From Spirogloea muscicola (Eukaryota), in the NCBI GenBank assembly GCA_009602725.1, contig WELB01000021.1, positions 626,971-676,287 on the forward strand: 49,317 nucleotides of DNA, given 5' to 3'. Below the pieces are notes generated by a model, which saw only the letters and a program-made list of their open reading frames with translations, had not been told where the DNA came from and searched no databases. The stretch's first letter is position 1, and the number at the start of each line of letters is the position of its first letter. Both the position numbers and the translations under genes were made by a program. Below are positions 13,165 through 23,940 of the stretch, piece after piece.

Positions 13165-13400
13165 CTTTGCTGCCTCTGGCTCTGGCCAGGGGACCCGCTT
13201 CCCGGAACCCCGTCTCTCTGACCTGAGGTTGCTTGGCAGGGGTTATTAAGTGCTTCGGAGCTGCTTCGTTCTCTTCGCCCGGGGGCCCCTGGCCGCGTGA
13301 GGTGGCGGTAGTGTTCCGCCACCCCCTGCGCCAGGCGCTGCCGCTCTGCGCATTTTGTACATTACTTGGGGCTCGCCTCTCACAGCCACTGCCATCACTT
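13165..13400 (+). mobile_element. CRE-like 3' end plus UTR stem-loop
   Basis: AASGSGQGTRFPEPRLSDLRLLGRGY* (stop 13247-13249); motif ggctcgcctctcacagccactgcc at ~13370. Confidence 0.85.
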
Positions 13401-13474
13401 TGGAGAACCTCTTTCCTCTTGAGCTTATGGGGGCTTGCCGATGCAATCTCGAGCAGTGCTCGACGCTAGAGGGT

Positions 13475-13600
13475 CGGCAGCGCTTTGGTGCGCCCCATCC
13501 CATCGGTGGCTCTTTTCCGCCATAATTGACCTGGCTTGCCACGCTACTGTCTGAGGCTGAGCGATCCTTCCCCGGTGTGAACAGGCTCGAGGTTGGTCCC
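13475..13600. repeat. ~125-bp dispersed repeat, copy 2
   Basis: Direct match to 4817-4940. Confidence 0.8.
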
Positions 13601-13939
13601 AGGTGGGTCCCAGGCTCGATCGAAGGTCAAGGCGGGCGCTCCACTGAAGTGCGGCATAACGGTAGCAAAATGACGGCAAAGGGGCAAGGCTCGCGCGCGT
13701 CCTCTGGCCCACTGCCAGATGACCGCTCAATGCTCAACAGCCAGCAAGCCCAATGGAGGAAGGGGGAATGAAGGTTTCCCAAACGAAACAGCTCTTCCCA
13801 TGTATTGCACTCGCTTTGAGTGGCCGGCCCAGAAGGAGTGTAGAAGGAACGAGTAGAAAGGAAGGCGGGCCATGCAGTCTGCTAAGCGGCAGGTGCTAAG
13901 GAGCGGAGTACTCAATTCACCCTACCGGCGACGATTTGT

Positions 13940-14645
13940 TTAAAGATTTGCTGGCTCGACCTGCTCCAGCAGCTTGCACTGCGTGCTGTGACCTGCCGTC
14001 AACGGCAGCAGAGCGAGCAGCCCGGCTTCGAAGCTGCCGGGTCGCTCGCTCATTTGTACAGTATGCGCCTTGCCATTTCTCTGCAGCGTTCTCTGGCGAT
14101 TGCCGCGCACTTGCTGGCAGGCCGCGCCTTCGCTGCTGGCTCCGAGTTTCCACACTTGCGAGCAGGTTGCACCTTGGCAGCTAGCTCAGGCTCTCGGACA
14201 GGACGGGAAAATTTGTCCTCTTCTTACTTCAATATGCATTTGTAGACTAGAAATATTTGAGCGTCCCATCCGAAGAAGTCGGACCGTATTTGGGATTTAT
14301 GAAGACTAAAGGCCCTATCCAGCCTTGTTCATGGCTTTTGGACTGACCTCTCACTGGGAGAATCTGCCCCCACACACACAGTCAGGATTGAGTTGTCCTT
14401 GTTAGGTTCGGCTGTAAAGATTTATAGAATTACGCCAACTGTGCTGGTAACGTAACACTCACAGCCAACTCCTTTCTTTAGAGAAGCTGTCCCTTTTTCA
14501 AGAGGGAGCGAGCTCAAAACCCACAAAAGAAGCCGCTCTTCAAATTGGGGCAAATGGCTTTGAAGTGAAAGCTGTTCCCTGAATACTTCCAAAGGGGGGG
14601 TGATGGCTGTGAAGGGCAGACCAAAAGGACAGGGCACAGAGGACT
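13940..14645 (+). mobile_element. Diverged CRE-like 3' end with UTR, followed by an inverted UTR copy (14600-14645)
   Basis: AAGSLAHLYSMRLAISLQRSLAIAAHLLAGRA; decayed terminus at ~14260; ggctgtgaagggcagacc in opposite orientation at 14605. Confidence 0.8.
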
Positions 14646-15299
14646 CGACCATCCACGAGCACCTTGGATGTAGGTACTACAGATTCGGTGGTGAGGCGAT
14701 TGCAGAACGACCCTTGATTCAACAACCCATGGTCGCATGGACCACTAGGTCCTCAACCGATACAAGAAGAGCGTCATTGCATATCGCATCGCTTATCCGT
14801 ATCCGATTGGCAGAGGATTCAATTTTTGCAATGTAAGGCATAAGCGGTAGGAGTCAGGAAGCTGTCTGGCTTGAATCGAGCCGGGGATGGGGGAACTCTT
14901 CCAGATCAAAGAACGAGGGCCACATGCGATAATGGCATGACGACAAGCACCAAAGTATGAGAATCGATAATCTTTCTGCCTTTGATTCTCTGGATATGTC
15001 TCACTCTACAGTGGGGCCTGATGCTCGCAAAGGCGGCTTGCCTGGGCTACTTGCACTCCCACGTAGTAGCCTCGGTTGCAGTTGAGTCAGCCGGACCCGT
15101 GCTGATTGAGATAGGTACGCTGGCTCAGCGGACATCTTTGGGCGGGCCCCTTGCGCCCATTTCTTTGAGCAGAGCCCTAGGTCTGTCCACCGCCTCCGGC
15201 CACCGCCCTCTGTGTGAGCAGATCCTGTCATCGTCTATACAGAGGAAAATGGGCCTGTACGCACTCACTACCAACAGGGACCACCCACGCCACCTTTCT

Positions 15300-18200
15300 T
15301 GATTAGCTGCCGGCCTGCTTCCTTGGAGTCTGCCATCTCGTCGTTACTGAGTGGGTTATCTTAGCAGCAGGTGATGTACATCTGTCATCTATTTGCCTTT
15401 GTACTTGGCCACTCAGGCCCTTCACCACTCAATACAGACTCTATACCATCACCACCATGGGTTGATATAGCTCTGCAAGAGCAAGTATGAACAGAGGTAC
15501 AAAAAGAGCAGGTCGCTGCCAGTCGCTTTCCAGCGCTCCGGCACCATGCTGTCTCGCGCTACTTCTTCCGGTTGCACCGTCGCCAGCTCAAAGAAGCAGA
15601 CAATTCACCCGGGTCGTCAGCCTGGTGAGGTACTTGCCTTTAGACTATATCAAGCTTTTCCTGCGGCATTGACAGTTCAGCTTCGAGAGGTGTCTAGTCT
15701 CCAGGCATCTGTCAGGTCTTTCTTTCGGAAGCGACTGTCCAGCTATGAGAGTACTATCACAATACACTAGAATCTTCGTCTCAGATCCAATTAGTCAAGG
15801 CTATATGCAGTTACAAGAGTCTTGCTATCGTTGCACAAACATCGTCTCAGAATCGAGGGCACTGCATATACTGCTCGCGTGTATGCTCTTACATGTATGC
15901 TGGCATCCACATGAAGCAAGATAAGCTGCGGGCTTGTCTGGGCAGTAACCTTGTCCTGGTCCGCTAGCGACTTCGTTTGTGCAGTCTCGTTGATGAGTTT
16001 CTGAACACTACGATCGACGAGCCATTGCCACTTGCCTATCTGTACTGGTTCATTTGGCCAGTACGCATCCCTTTACTTGCACAGCAGACTCTAGTGAGCA
16101 AGGGTGTGTTCAGTGGGTTGTGAAATCTTGTTAGTGATCGAAGGAAGCTTCAGGTTCAGAAGAAACTTCTATGATCAGTCCTAGGATAGGACTTCCGGTT
16201 GAAGACTAATTGTGCTTTCTTTACTACACTGATCGAGTTTGACACTGTTGGCCTCTCATCAGACTGTCTTTCCCGCAGACGAGCCATCCTATTTATTTGC
16301 GAAAGAAAGGCAGCGTAAGAGTACGAATGGCCTTTTGGGGTAACGAGCAAGCACAAGTTGGCAAGTTGGTTCGTAAGAACGTTGTTACAAAAATTTGACA
16401 ATTAGATGTCTCAGCCTCGGCCCTCCGCTCCGTTTAATGTCGGTCAGGCGAAGAATACATTGTTTGTTGGGGCAGGCCGTCTGGCCGTTTGGCTGCTCCT
16501 ATCCACATGGCCTGTGTCGTCCGGGACGAATTTTGAACAATATCCATAACCCCACAGATTGCCGACCAATACTCGCCATGGCGATGATATAAGTCAAAAC
16601 TCCTGACTTTCGCATATGGACCTTTGGTTTGCTATAGGGGCCGCTTTTTGAGCGCCGCGTGCACCAGGGTGATGCACCGATGCCGTCTTTGCCACGGCAA
16701 ATACAGAATTTTCCCGTCCGAAGCTGAGCCGAAGATACCGTGCTCGCAACTCCCTTTACATCAGACGCACAGTAAGTCTGCCTTATGTATCCACCTGTGC
16801 AGCCACCTCAGCATCCTTGTCAGAATTGTGTTATATAGCCACCAACGCAGTGTCGCACAAAGAGTTGCTAGCTGGAGCAGAAGGTCAGACACTTCAGTAG
16901 AGATCGAGACAGTCGGTCCTTCCTTTTGCTGTAATGACATGTGTGATAACAATGATCAAGCCTTGGATCTCAAGAAGGGTCCAGGACAACAGGACGAAGG
17001 GCAGTCAGCTTTAAACACTGTGCACATCTATTATTCGTCCTCTTCGTGTCACACATGAAGCTTCCTCTCAGCCTCTTTGTAGGAGCTTCAATTGCGTGCC
17101 CTGTGACGCCATTTTATACGTTGGAGGACTAGGAATATTTATTGGATTTGCATTGCATATGGTCAACCCGTGTTACTGAGGGTCTTGAAATAGTTACATT
17201 TGGGTAAGCAAGTCATGGGGGTCCGTACCCACGTCTTGCAGAGATTGTCCAACTTCAGGATACCGGCAGTGCAGGCGGCTAATGGTTGCCCTGACCAACT
17301 TCAGCTAAAGGCTCCTTGACATGCGGCTGGCAGACCAAGCCAGAATTGAAGGTAGTGAGACACAAGAACAAGACACCTCAGCGTCTTGTCTACAACTGAG
17401 ACCAATCCTTACTTTATTCATGGCGTTAAATAGAGTCCAACAGGCATCAATCAACCGACGACATCCTCAGCCGGTGTTTGCTGGAACTCTAACAGACTTG
17501 CTGCCTATACATAATGCAGCCAGCTCTGCAGTTGCTTCCATGTATGCAGGAGGCTGTCCAGTTCAAATACATGATAGCCTCCTTCGTCATTCGCAGGCAG
17601 ATTGTCCGTGACGTTGAAAATTGCAGTCGGTGCCTTCTGCACAAGCCACTGAGCTCAGATCCAGAGGCCAACGGTCCATTATTTCAGATTGTTTAAAGTG
17701 GCCCAGAATGGCACTTGGAGTCACAGTCGACTGATTGGAGTTTGTTTGGAGCACTTAGTGTCTACTTAGACATCGCTAGCTCACCTCAACGTTTATGGGA
17801 GAGGCAGTCTGCCTTCCGAGGGCTTGTATCGATCCTACAAAGCCATAGAGGTGCATCCCAATAGCACAAACAACTTGGGCGGTCCCCCTTACCAATGCAG
17901 AAGCTTTCGCAGCCTACGAAATAGACAGAGGTGCCGAGTGCATCAACGACACTCGATCTGCAGGCGTTCAATGCTTGAGCGACCCTCTGACTGGCATGAC
18001 TTGACCAGTGGTCCTCTGCTGAAAAGTGTGCACCTTTCCTTTCTCATTAGATTGAGGCATCCATCCAAGCAAATCAGGGAAAAGATATGATCACACTCGA
18101 TGATTGACGTCTTGGAAACGAAGTAATCCTGTGACTGGCATGAAAGCATTTGATGCCCAGAATTGCTTACGTGAGTCGCATTCTGGCTAAATGCGACTCA

Positions 18201-18400
18201 CCACGTAGGTTGAGATTACCGTAGAAACCGGGACGCCGTTGTTTCTGTACACCAGTGGCGAGTTGGCCATGACGGTAGTGCTGCAAAACGACGCGGGGCG
18301 AGCTCGGGCGCGGACCAGCCGCAGGCGCTCGCACGAGCAGGGGATTGCATTGTGAGCGTGCAGGCATGGGAGCCAATGGCGCGCCCATCTACCGGCTTCG
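15300..18400 (-). pseudogene. Multi-exon gene of unknown family, paralog B; limits approximate
   Basis: RLRLVRARARPASFCSTTVMA resembles the N-terminus of paralog A. In-phase introns at 18201-18129 and 18033-17958. Exon from 17636 encodes KAPTAIFNVTDNLPANDEGGYHVFELDSLLHTWKQLQSW. DNA match of 17247-17296 to 11517-11566. Confidence 0.5.
18171..18201. other. Perfect 12-bp inverted repeat with a 7-nt loop over a predicted splice donor
   Basis: gtgagtcgcatt-ctggcta-aatgcgactcac. Confidence 0.9.
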
Positions 18401-20131
18401 TGGCTCAGAGCAGATGCCGGCTGGCGAGTGTTACCGGCTCCGTTAAGAACGCCGCGGCGGGGGTGTCCGCGAGCCGGGAGTGGCGCGCCGCCGGGAGCGG
18501 CTGCTGGCGGGGGGCGCCACTGAGCGAGCGGGAGCAGCTTTTGGGAGGGGGAGGGGGGGAAACAGCTCCCCACTAGGAAAAAGAAGTACGCCTCAAGCGG
18601 CTGCTAATATTAAAAGAGCGGCTGTGAAAGCCAGCCAGATGCATACAGGTGTTCATGACGGAGGAAGCAGCTCTCCACTGCAAGGCAGTGGCCGAGAGAG
18701 GCCAGCCCAGAAGGACTGCACGAGGCCAAGGGGGGGAGAGGATAGGGCGCGCACGCCCCGGGCGTGGGAGCTCTTTGGAAGTGAGCCCTCGCCGACTCAC
18801 CGCCCCCCCTATATCTGCCGCTGCCGCGCACGGGCGACCCCCTCTCACTCGGCCGCGTGGGAAGTCAAAGTCAGACGGTGTCCCATCGGGTGGGGCGCCC
18901 ACCCACACCGTCCTGCATGACGTTCGCTGTAAACCTTTCGAAGCCCGCCACGTGTGCCCTGGGGGGCCGAGTGCCGGGCTCCGCGAAAGCAGCCCAGGTA
19001 CTGGCGACTGCGTCAGGCGGAGAGTGCCCTCCCTCCCCTCTCAGCGCATTTTGACAGCACTACTCACATCGCTTTCGCCTCCCTCCCCCACTCCCGCCCC
19101 CCCCGGCCGCCTGGCCGTGCGCCGCGGCCCAGCCGGCAGCGCATTCTGAGCCCGCCACTTGGCGGGACCAGAGAAGCGCGCAGCGGCCCCGCCGGGACGC
19201 GGTCAATGGCTTCTTCGCCCAAGCTTCGCCCCCGACTCCTCGTGACTGTCTGCTGATCGCCACCGCGCCTTCAATAGTGGGTACTGTATCGTCAGCTCTG
19301 AATGAAGCAGACGCATGGGAAGCTTGCAAAAGACGTCCACGCTTTGCGCTGTCCCAAGATGCCTTATCTGTCTCGGTCGTCGCCACGGGAGCCGCCGGCA
19401 AGGGCTGGAGCTGTTCCAAGACGGTGATACTTGTCATGAAGCGTGCCTCACCTGAGCCACCTTCGCCAGCACCAGTGCGCCATGTGAACATTGTGATGAT
19501 GTCATACTTGTATATAGTCGAAACGTCGATGCCGTGGGCAGCCAGTTGTACAGATGCTTGGAGAGGCTAGGCACCTCACCAAGCAGTCTGGGGCAGTCTG
19601 GGGCAGGATCTGCTTACACGAGCAGAGAAAGATGAAAAGGTCGTGAATACGAGACAGCGTGGCGCAGGAGACTACAAGGAAAGGCGATATTTGCGAAATT
19701 TTCTACTGTGGTGTTCCTTCAGCGTTTCAGCAGTTGTGGTCCACCACTGAAAGAACATTACCTATGGACCTTTCTGGCAGTCAACCGAGTTGTTGGCAAT
19801 ATGCTGACGAAAGACCTTCGATGACCGTATACCGAGCAGGCCGGCGTACGGGATGTCGGGAGCCCACAGGGTGTCTGCTCGTCCTCCTACCCTCCTTCCG
19901 AAAATTGGGCTGACGCAATGGCTCGAGAAGCCGCGGACCGCACAGCGATTCAATGGGTACGTCCGGCACGCCAGGGCATCTGGATGAGACGATGGAGGGG
20001 TAGCGCATGCACAGCCGTTGAAGCGATGGCTCATAGTAGGAACGTCAATGCCCCGGAAAAGGCGATTTGATGGATGCATGGAGGATTTCGCCGCTTTGCG
20101 GCGATTTGCAAGGCGGACGGCTGGGGTTTTG

Positions 20132-20340
20132 CCCCTGGGACCTGAAAAGCGCGACCTCTTCGACATAGGCGAGATAGAGGGCCAGCCTGGCTGGAGTGTC
20201 CTGGGTATCGTAGGCCGAGCAGTACGGCTCGAGTCTGTACCCCTGGGACCTGAAAAGCGCGACCCGTTCGCCAAAGGCCAGATTGAGGGCCAGCCTGGCT
20301 GGAGTGTCCTGGGTACCGTACGCCGAGCAGTACCGCTCGA
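20132..20340. repeat. 108-bp tandem duplication (two units, open on both strands)
   Basis: cccctgggacctgaaaagcgcgacc occurs at 20132 and 20240; 36-aa unit PLGPEKRD..EGQPGWSVLG on the + strand. Confidence 0.9.
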
Positions 20341-21419
20341 TACGAGCTCCAAGCCCTCAACAGGCCAGTCAGGCTCAGGTCACAGTACAGATGCGAAAGC
20401 TCATAGCTAGTCTACGACGCAGGTCGTATGACTATTTTAAAGCTTGGACTTCCCTCCTCTAAGACATTGGCTGTTGCTTGACATTGTACGTTGAAGTTTG
20501 ATGGGCATGCTCGAGGCCGCCAGGAATAACAACCAAGCCTGTAGCAAATGTCAGAAGTCGCTCCGAGCAAGCATACTATTGCTGACATTCTTCGTACAGT
20601 CTGACTGTCCCGGGTAGAGCGGAGCAGTTCAGAGCAGGCAACAGAAGCGGTCGGGAATCTTGATTCGGCATTGGTCCAGGATTCCTAGCGCAACATTAGC
20701 CCTCTTGCAAGAGAGGCTGATGTTAACAGCACTGCTCGCTGCAACATCAGGCAGACGTCCTGAGCTGCAGCTAGCTGACCTTCGTAAGACACAAACTGAG
20801 TAAAAGCCTTTGTTTCAGGTGTCGTTCAGAATTGGTGATGCTGTCCAGGAGATTGCTTAACTATAACAAATACCGCTCAACTCAATGTATGGGTCGCCAT
20901 GCCACGTTCATCACTCTTGCCAAATATGAAAAGCTTGCCGCACAACTCGCTGCAGCGAGCAGCAAAAAGACTGCCTTCTTGCACAGTCCAGGTCTGAAAA
21001 GTCAAGCCTCCAGGATAATGGCGCTAGCCTCAGTTAATCTCCAAGAGAAGCTGCAAAAGCTCCCAGAAAGGTGTTTCATAAGCAGGTCGCAGTGCACTAG
21101 CATTGCTGCTGAGGCTGGGACCATCTCAACAGACTCTCAAGGGTAAGCTCACTGACCACTGCTTTCCTCTGCAGGTATGACACGAGTGCTGATCCAAGCT
21201 TTTGCCAACGTCTTAAAGCAAGGTGCCTGCAAAGCGGCGCTTCTTCTCCTTCTACCATTTTTCGGCATGCTTGACAATCCGTCATGTGTCACTTGCATGA
21301 GTCAGGCAAGGGTTTCCATTTCAGCGAGACATGAACCTTGCCAAACACTCGAGAATACGTGGCTTTGTCTGAGACATGTCACCATTGTTAGTTACTTAAT
21401 TTTCATTTTATTGTCATAT

Positions 21420-21450
21420 CCTAAACCCTAACCCTACACCCTACACCCTA
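21420..21450 (-). repeat. Short degenerate interstitial telomere-like tract
   Basis: cctaaa-ccctaa-ccctaca-ccctaca-cccta, variants of CCCTAAA. Confidence 0.7.
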
Positions 21451-22129
21451 TGCAGTGCTCTAGAAATTTACAAGCAAGAGAAACCGCACGGGGGGGATAC
21501 CCAGCCTTCGCAGATGCTATTGTCCTACAAGAGGTGCACTCTGAAAGCATCAGAAGGGCCATGCCTCTCGCAAAGAGATCGCGATCGCGTCAGCTTTGTC
21601 AATCATACAATGAGCCACTACTGAAGCACCCACCTCGCTTGACCTAAGAGCCTGATATGGATCTGCAGGGGACGCAATACTCTGCCACTGCAGGAGCTCT
21701 TCCTGGCCATATTGTAAGCTTTGAGAGCTATACACATAAGCAAGCCGAATCTTACCTTCCGTTGAGCCCATCATGTTGCTGCTGACAATTTTATACACAA
21801 TGAGCTCTAGAGTGGAGCATACGCCAGCATAGACAATATGGTAAAGACGTCGCTGGCTGGCATTCGTGCTAAGCTGTATACCAGAAATATAACACCTGGA
21901 GATGAGGAGGAATTGGCTATTAGATGGAAATCCCGCATGGTCCGGTGAAGCCTTTGGCTTCGCCACGCGACGAGGACGCCAGCCAATCAGGCTAGGCTAA
22001 CCATTCGGAGTTGGTGTTTGAATGCGTACAGGAAGGGATCTGAGGTGCTGCTGTTACAGACTTGACGAAGTCGAAGACTGGAGTACTGAAGGGGCCAAGC
22101 TTGCTTGGTTGAGGTGGGGAGCCTATGGG

Positions 22130-23095
22130 CGATGCTTTTCCGCCTCCTACTTACTCAGATCTGTACTTGTTGACTAGAGCTTCATTGAGCGTCCATCTGC
22201 AGAAGTAACGGAGGGTAGTCTCAGATTTTATCGCGTTCCCAGCCTTTCTGGACCTTGTTCACTCTATCGTCGCCGGCCGATCACAGCCTCTCCTCACTTT
22301 GGACAAGCTGATTCTTTCCTTCTTTCCTCTTGAGAGTGCTTCATCTCTGTTCGTGCTCAGCATGCCCTGACTTCTGCCTCCTCTACGGGAAAGGAGTTGC
22401 CCCGAAACACCCTGTTTACTTTTCTGAATTGTTTGGCCTCCCTTTCATCTCTTGCGCATAGCGCTCCTTCTCTCTTTCCTGATTAGCATCAATATTCTCG
22501 AGCAAAGTGGCCACGGGGCATGAGTAACAGTGGTACTGAGAAGTTCTTGCCAAGCGGGCGCTATGGCTATGACAGGCCAGCCCTGAAAGGATGGACATGG
22601 TCCGAAGGGGCCGGTTAGCGCTAAATCACACAGCTACGCAAGTGGCTTCCACGAATGGCTGCATATCAACCCTCAATCTGACAGGGGAGGCCTCTTTGGA
22701 TCTCATTCAGCGGCTTGCCCGCCAGGCCATTGACCGGCGGCCGGGTCTGCCAGGGGCGATGCCCGGCTTCAACGCCGCCGGTTCGCTCGCACAAGTCTTC
22801 CGCATGCGCCTGGCCGTATCGCTTCAACGCTCCCTTGCCCACGCCGTCCATACGCGCGCAGGCCGTGCTATGGCCGCCGCCTCTGGGTCTCGGCGGAGTG
22901 CCTCTTTCCCTGCAGCGAGCTACTCAGACCTGATGTTGCTCACTCGTGGGTACTGAGCTTTCCTCTGCATCGTTTCTGTGTTCTGCAGTGTTTTGTAGTT
23001 TCTCCGGCTCCTTTCTTTGGCTTTGGACATTGTCCATTCTTTTTTTGGGCTGGCTTTGCCAGCCCCTCTTTTCTATGGGCGCGCATTTCTCTTTG
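22130..23095 (+). mobile_element. Cluster of CRE-like 3' ends: decayed tail (stop ~22188), inverted UTR (22560-22645), tail 22645-22956 plus UTR
   Basis: VASTNGCI..AAGSLAQVFRMRLAVSLQRSLAHAVHTRAGRAMAAASG..SYSDLMLLTRGY*; hairpin gggctggc-ttt-gccagccc at 23047-23065. Confidence 0.88.
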
Positions 23096-23558
23096 GGGAG
23101 TGCCCCTGCGCCTTCCGGCCCATTCAGACTAACGTTCAGATAATTAGTTCTGATATGCCGCGACGCCAACGCTTGCTGAGTAGCTGGAAGTCCGCAAGAC
23201 TTCCAGATGGGTGCACAAGGTCGTGGCGCAGCCGCCAGAGCGTGGCGTGGCAGCGGGCCGCCACCGCCACCGCTACCGCCACCGCACCGCCACAGCCACC
23301 ACCACCCGCCTCCCAGCCGCCACTCAGTCACAAAGGCCCACCTAGAGGCTGTGGAAAGAGCGCAGATAAGGAACTGTGCTGCCTTCCACACGGGCAGCAA
23401 GGAGGAGAGTTGCTGGAGGTTTCAGCCTGGCGAGGGTGCCGCCATAGGATGGAGGCGGCTGAGAAGGCAGTGTCAAATTGCTGACCTTGCAATCGCCTTT
23501 CAAGTGCCACTGTTTTGCTCATTCAGCCGGCTAGGTCTGGCGCACCTTCTATTGGAGT

Positions 23559-23748
23559 GACTCTTTCCCAGCTTCGAGTTGCTCTGACTTGCTGTTGCTC
23601 ACTCGTGGGTACTGAGCTTCCATCTGCATCATCTCGTGTCTACTTGTGTGGTTTTTCTTTTTGACACCTTTCTTGTGGCCTTTGGATATTGTCCATTCTT
23701 TTCTGGGCTGGCTTTGCTAGCCCCTCTTCTTCTATGAGCGAGCACTTT
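23559..23748 (+). mobile_element. 190-bp 5'-truncated CRE-like insertion with a 13-bp TSD
   Basis: SDLLLLTRGY* (stop 23613-23615) plus UTR. Flanks are cttctattggagt (23546-23558) and cttccactggagt (23749-23761). Absent from the paralogous site at ~46510-46530. Confidence 0.9.
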
Positions 23749-23940
23749 CTTCCACTGGAGTACTCTTGGATGGTATGTGCCGCCAACTTGTGGAGCTCGG
23801 GTAGCGAAGGGGCAAGCAGACGCGTCGATGTTGCCCTCGACTCACACCTTCTTCACGACTTCTCGCGAGGCCTCCACTGAACGCCTGACCGAGTGTGGCT
23901 GACGAGCCTGAGGGTTCTGAGTACCTAGCGCACTCTTCCA

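Noticed and set aside
20600..21400. Exon-like segments (also 30945-32130, 35700-37400, 41300-43000)
   Set aside because: Splice-like signals are present, but I could not build a consistent stop-free model or recognise a domain.
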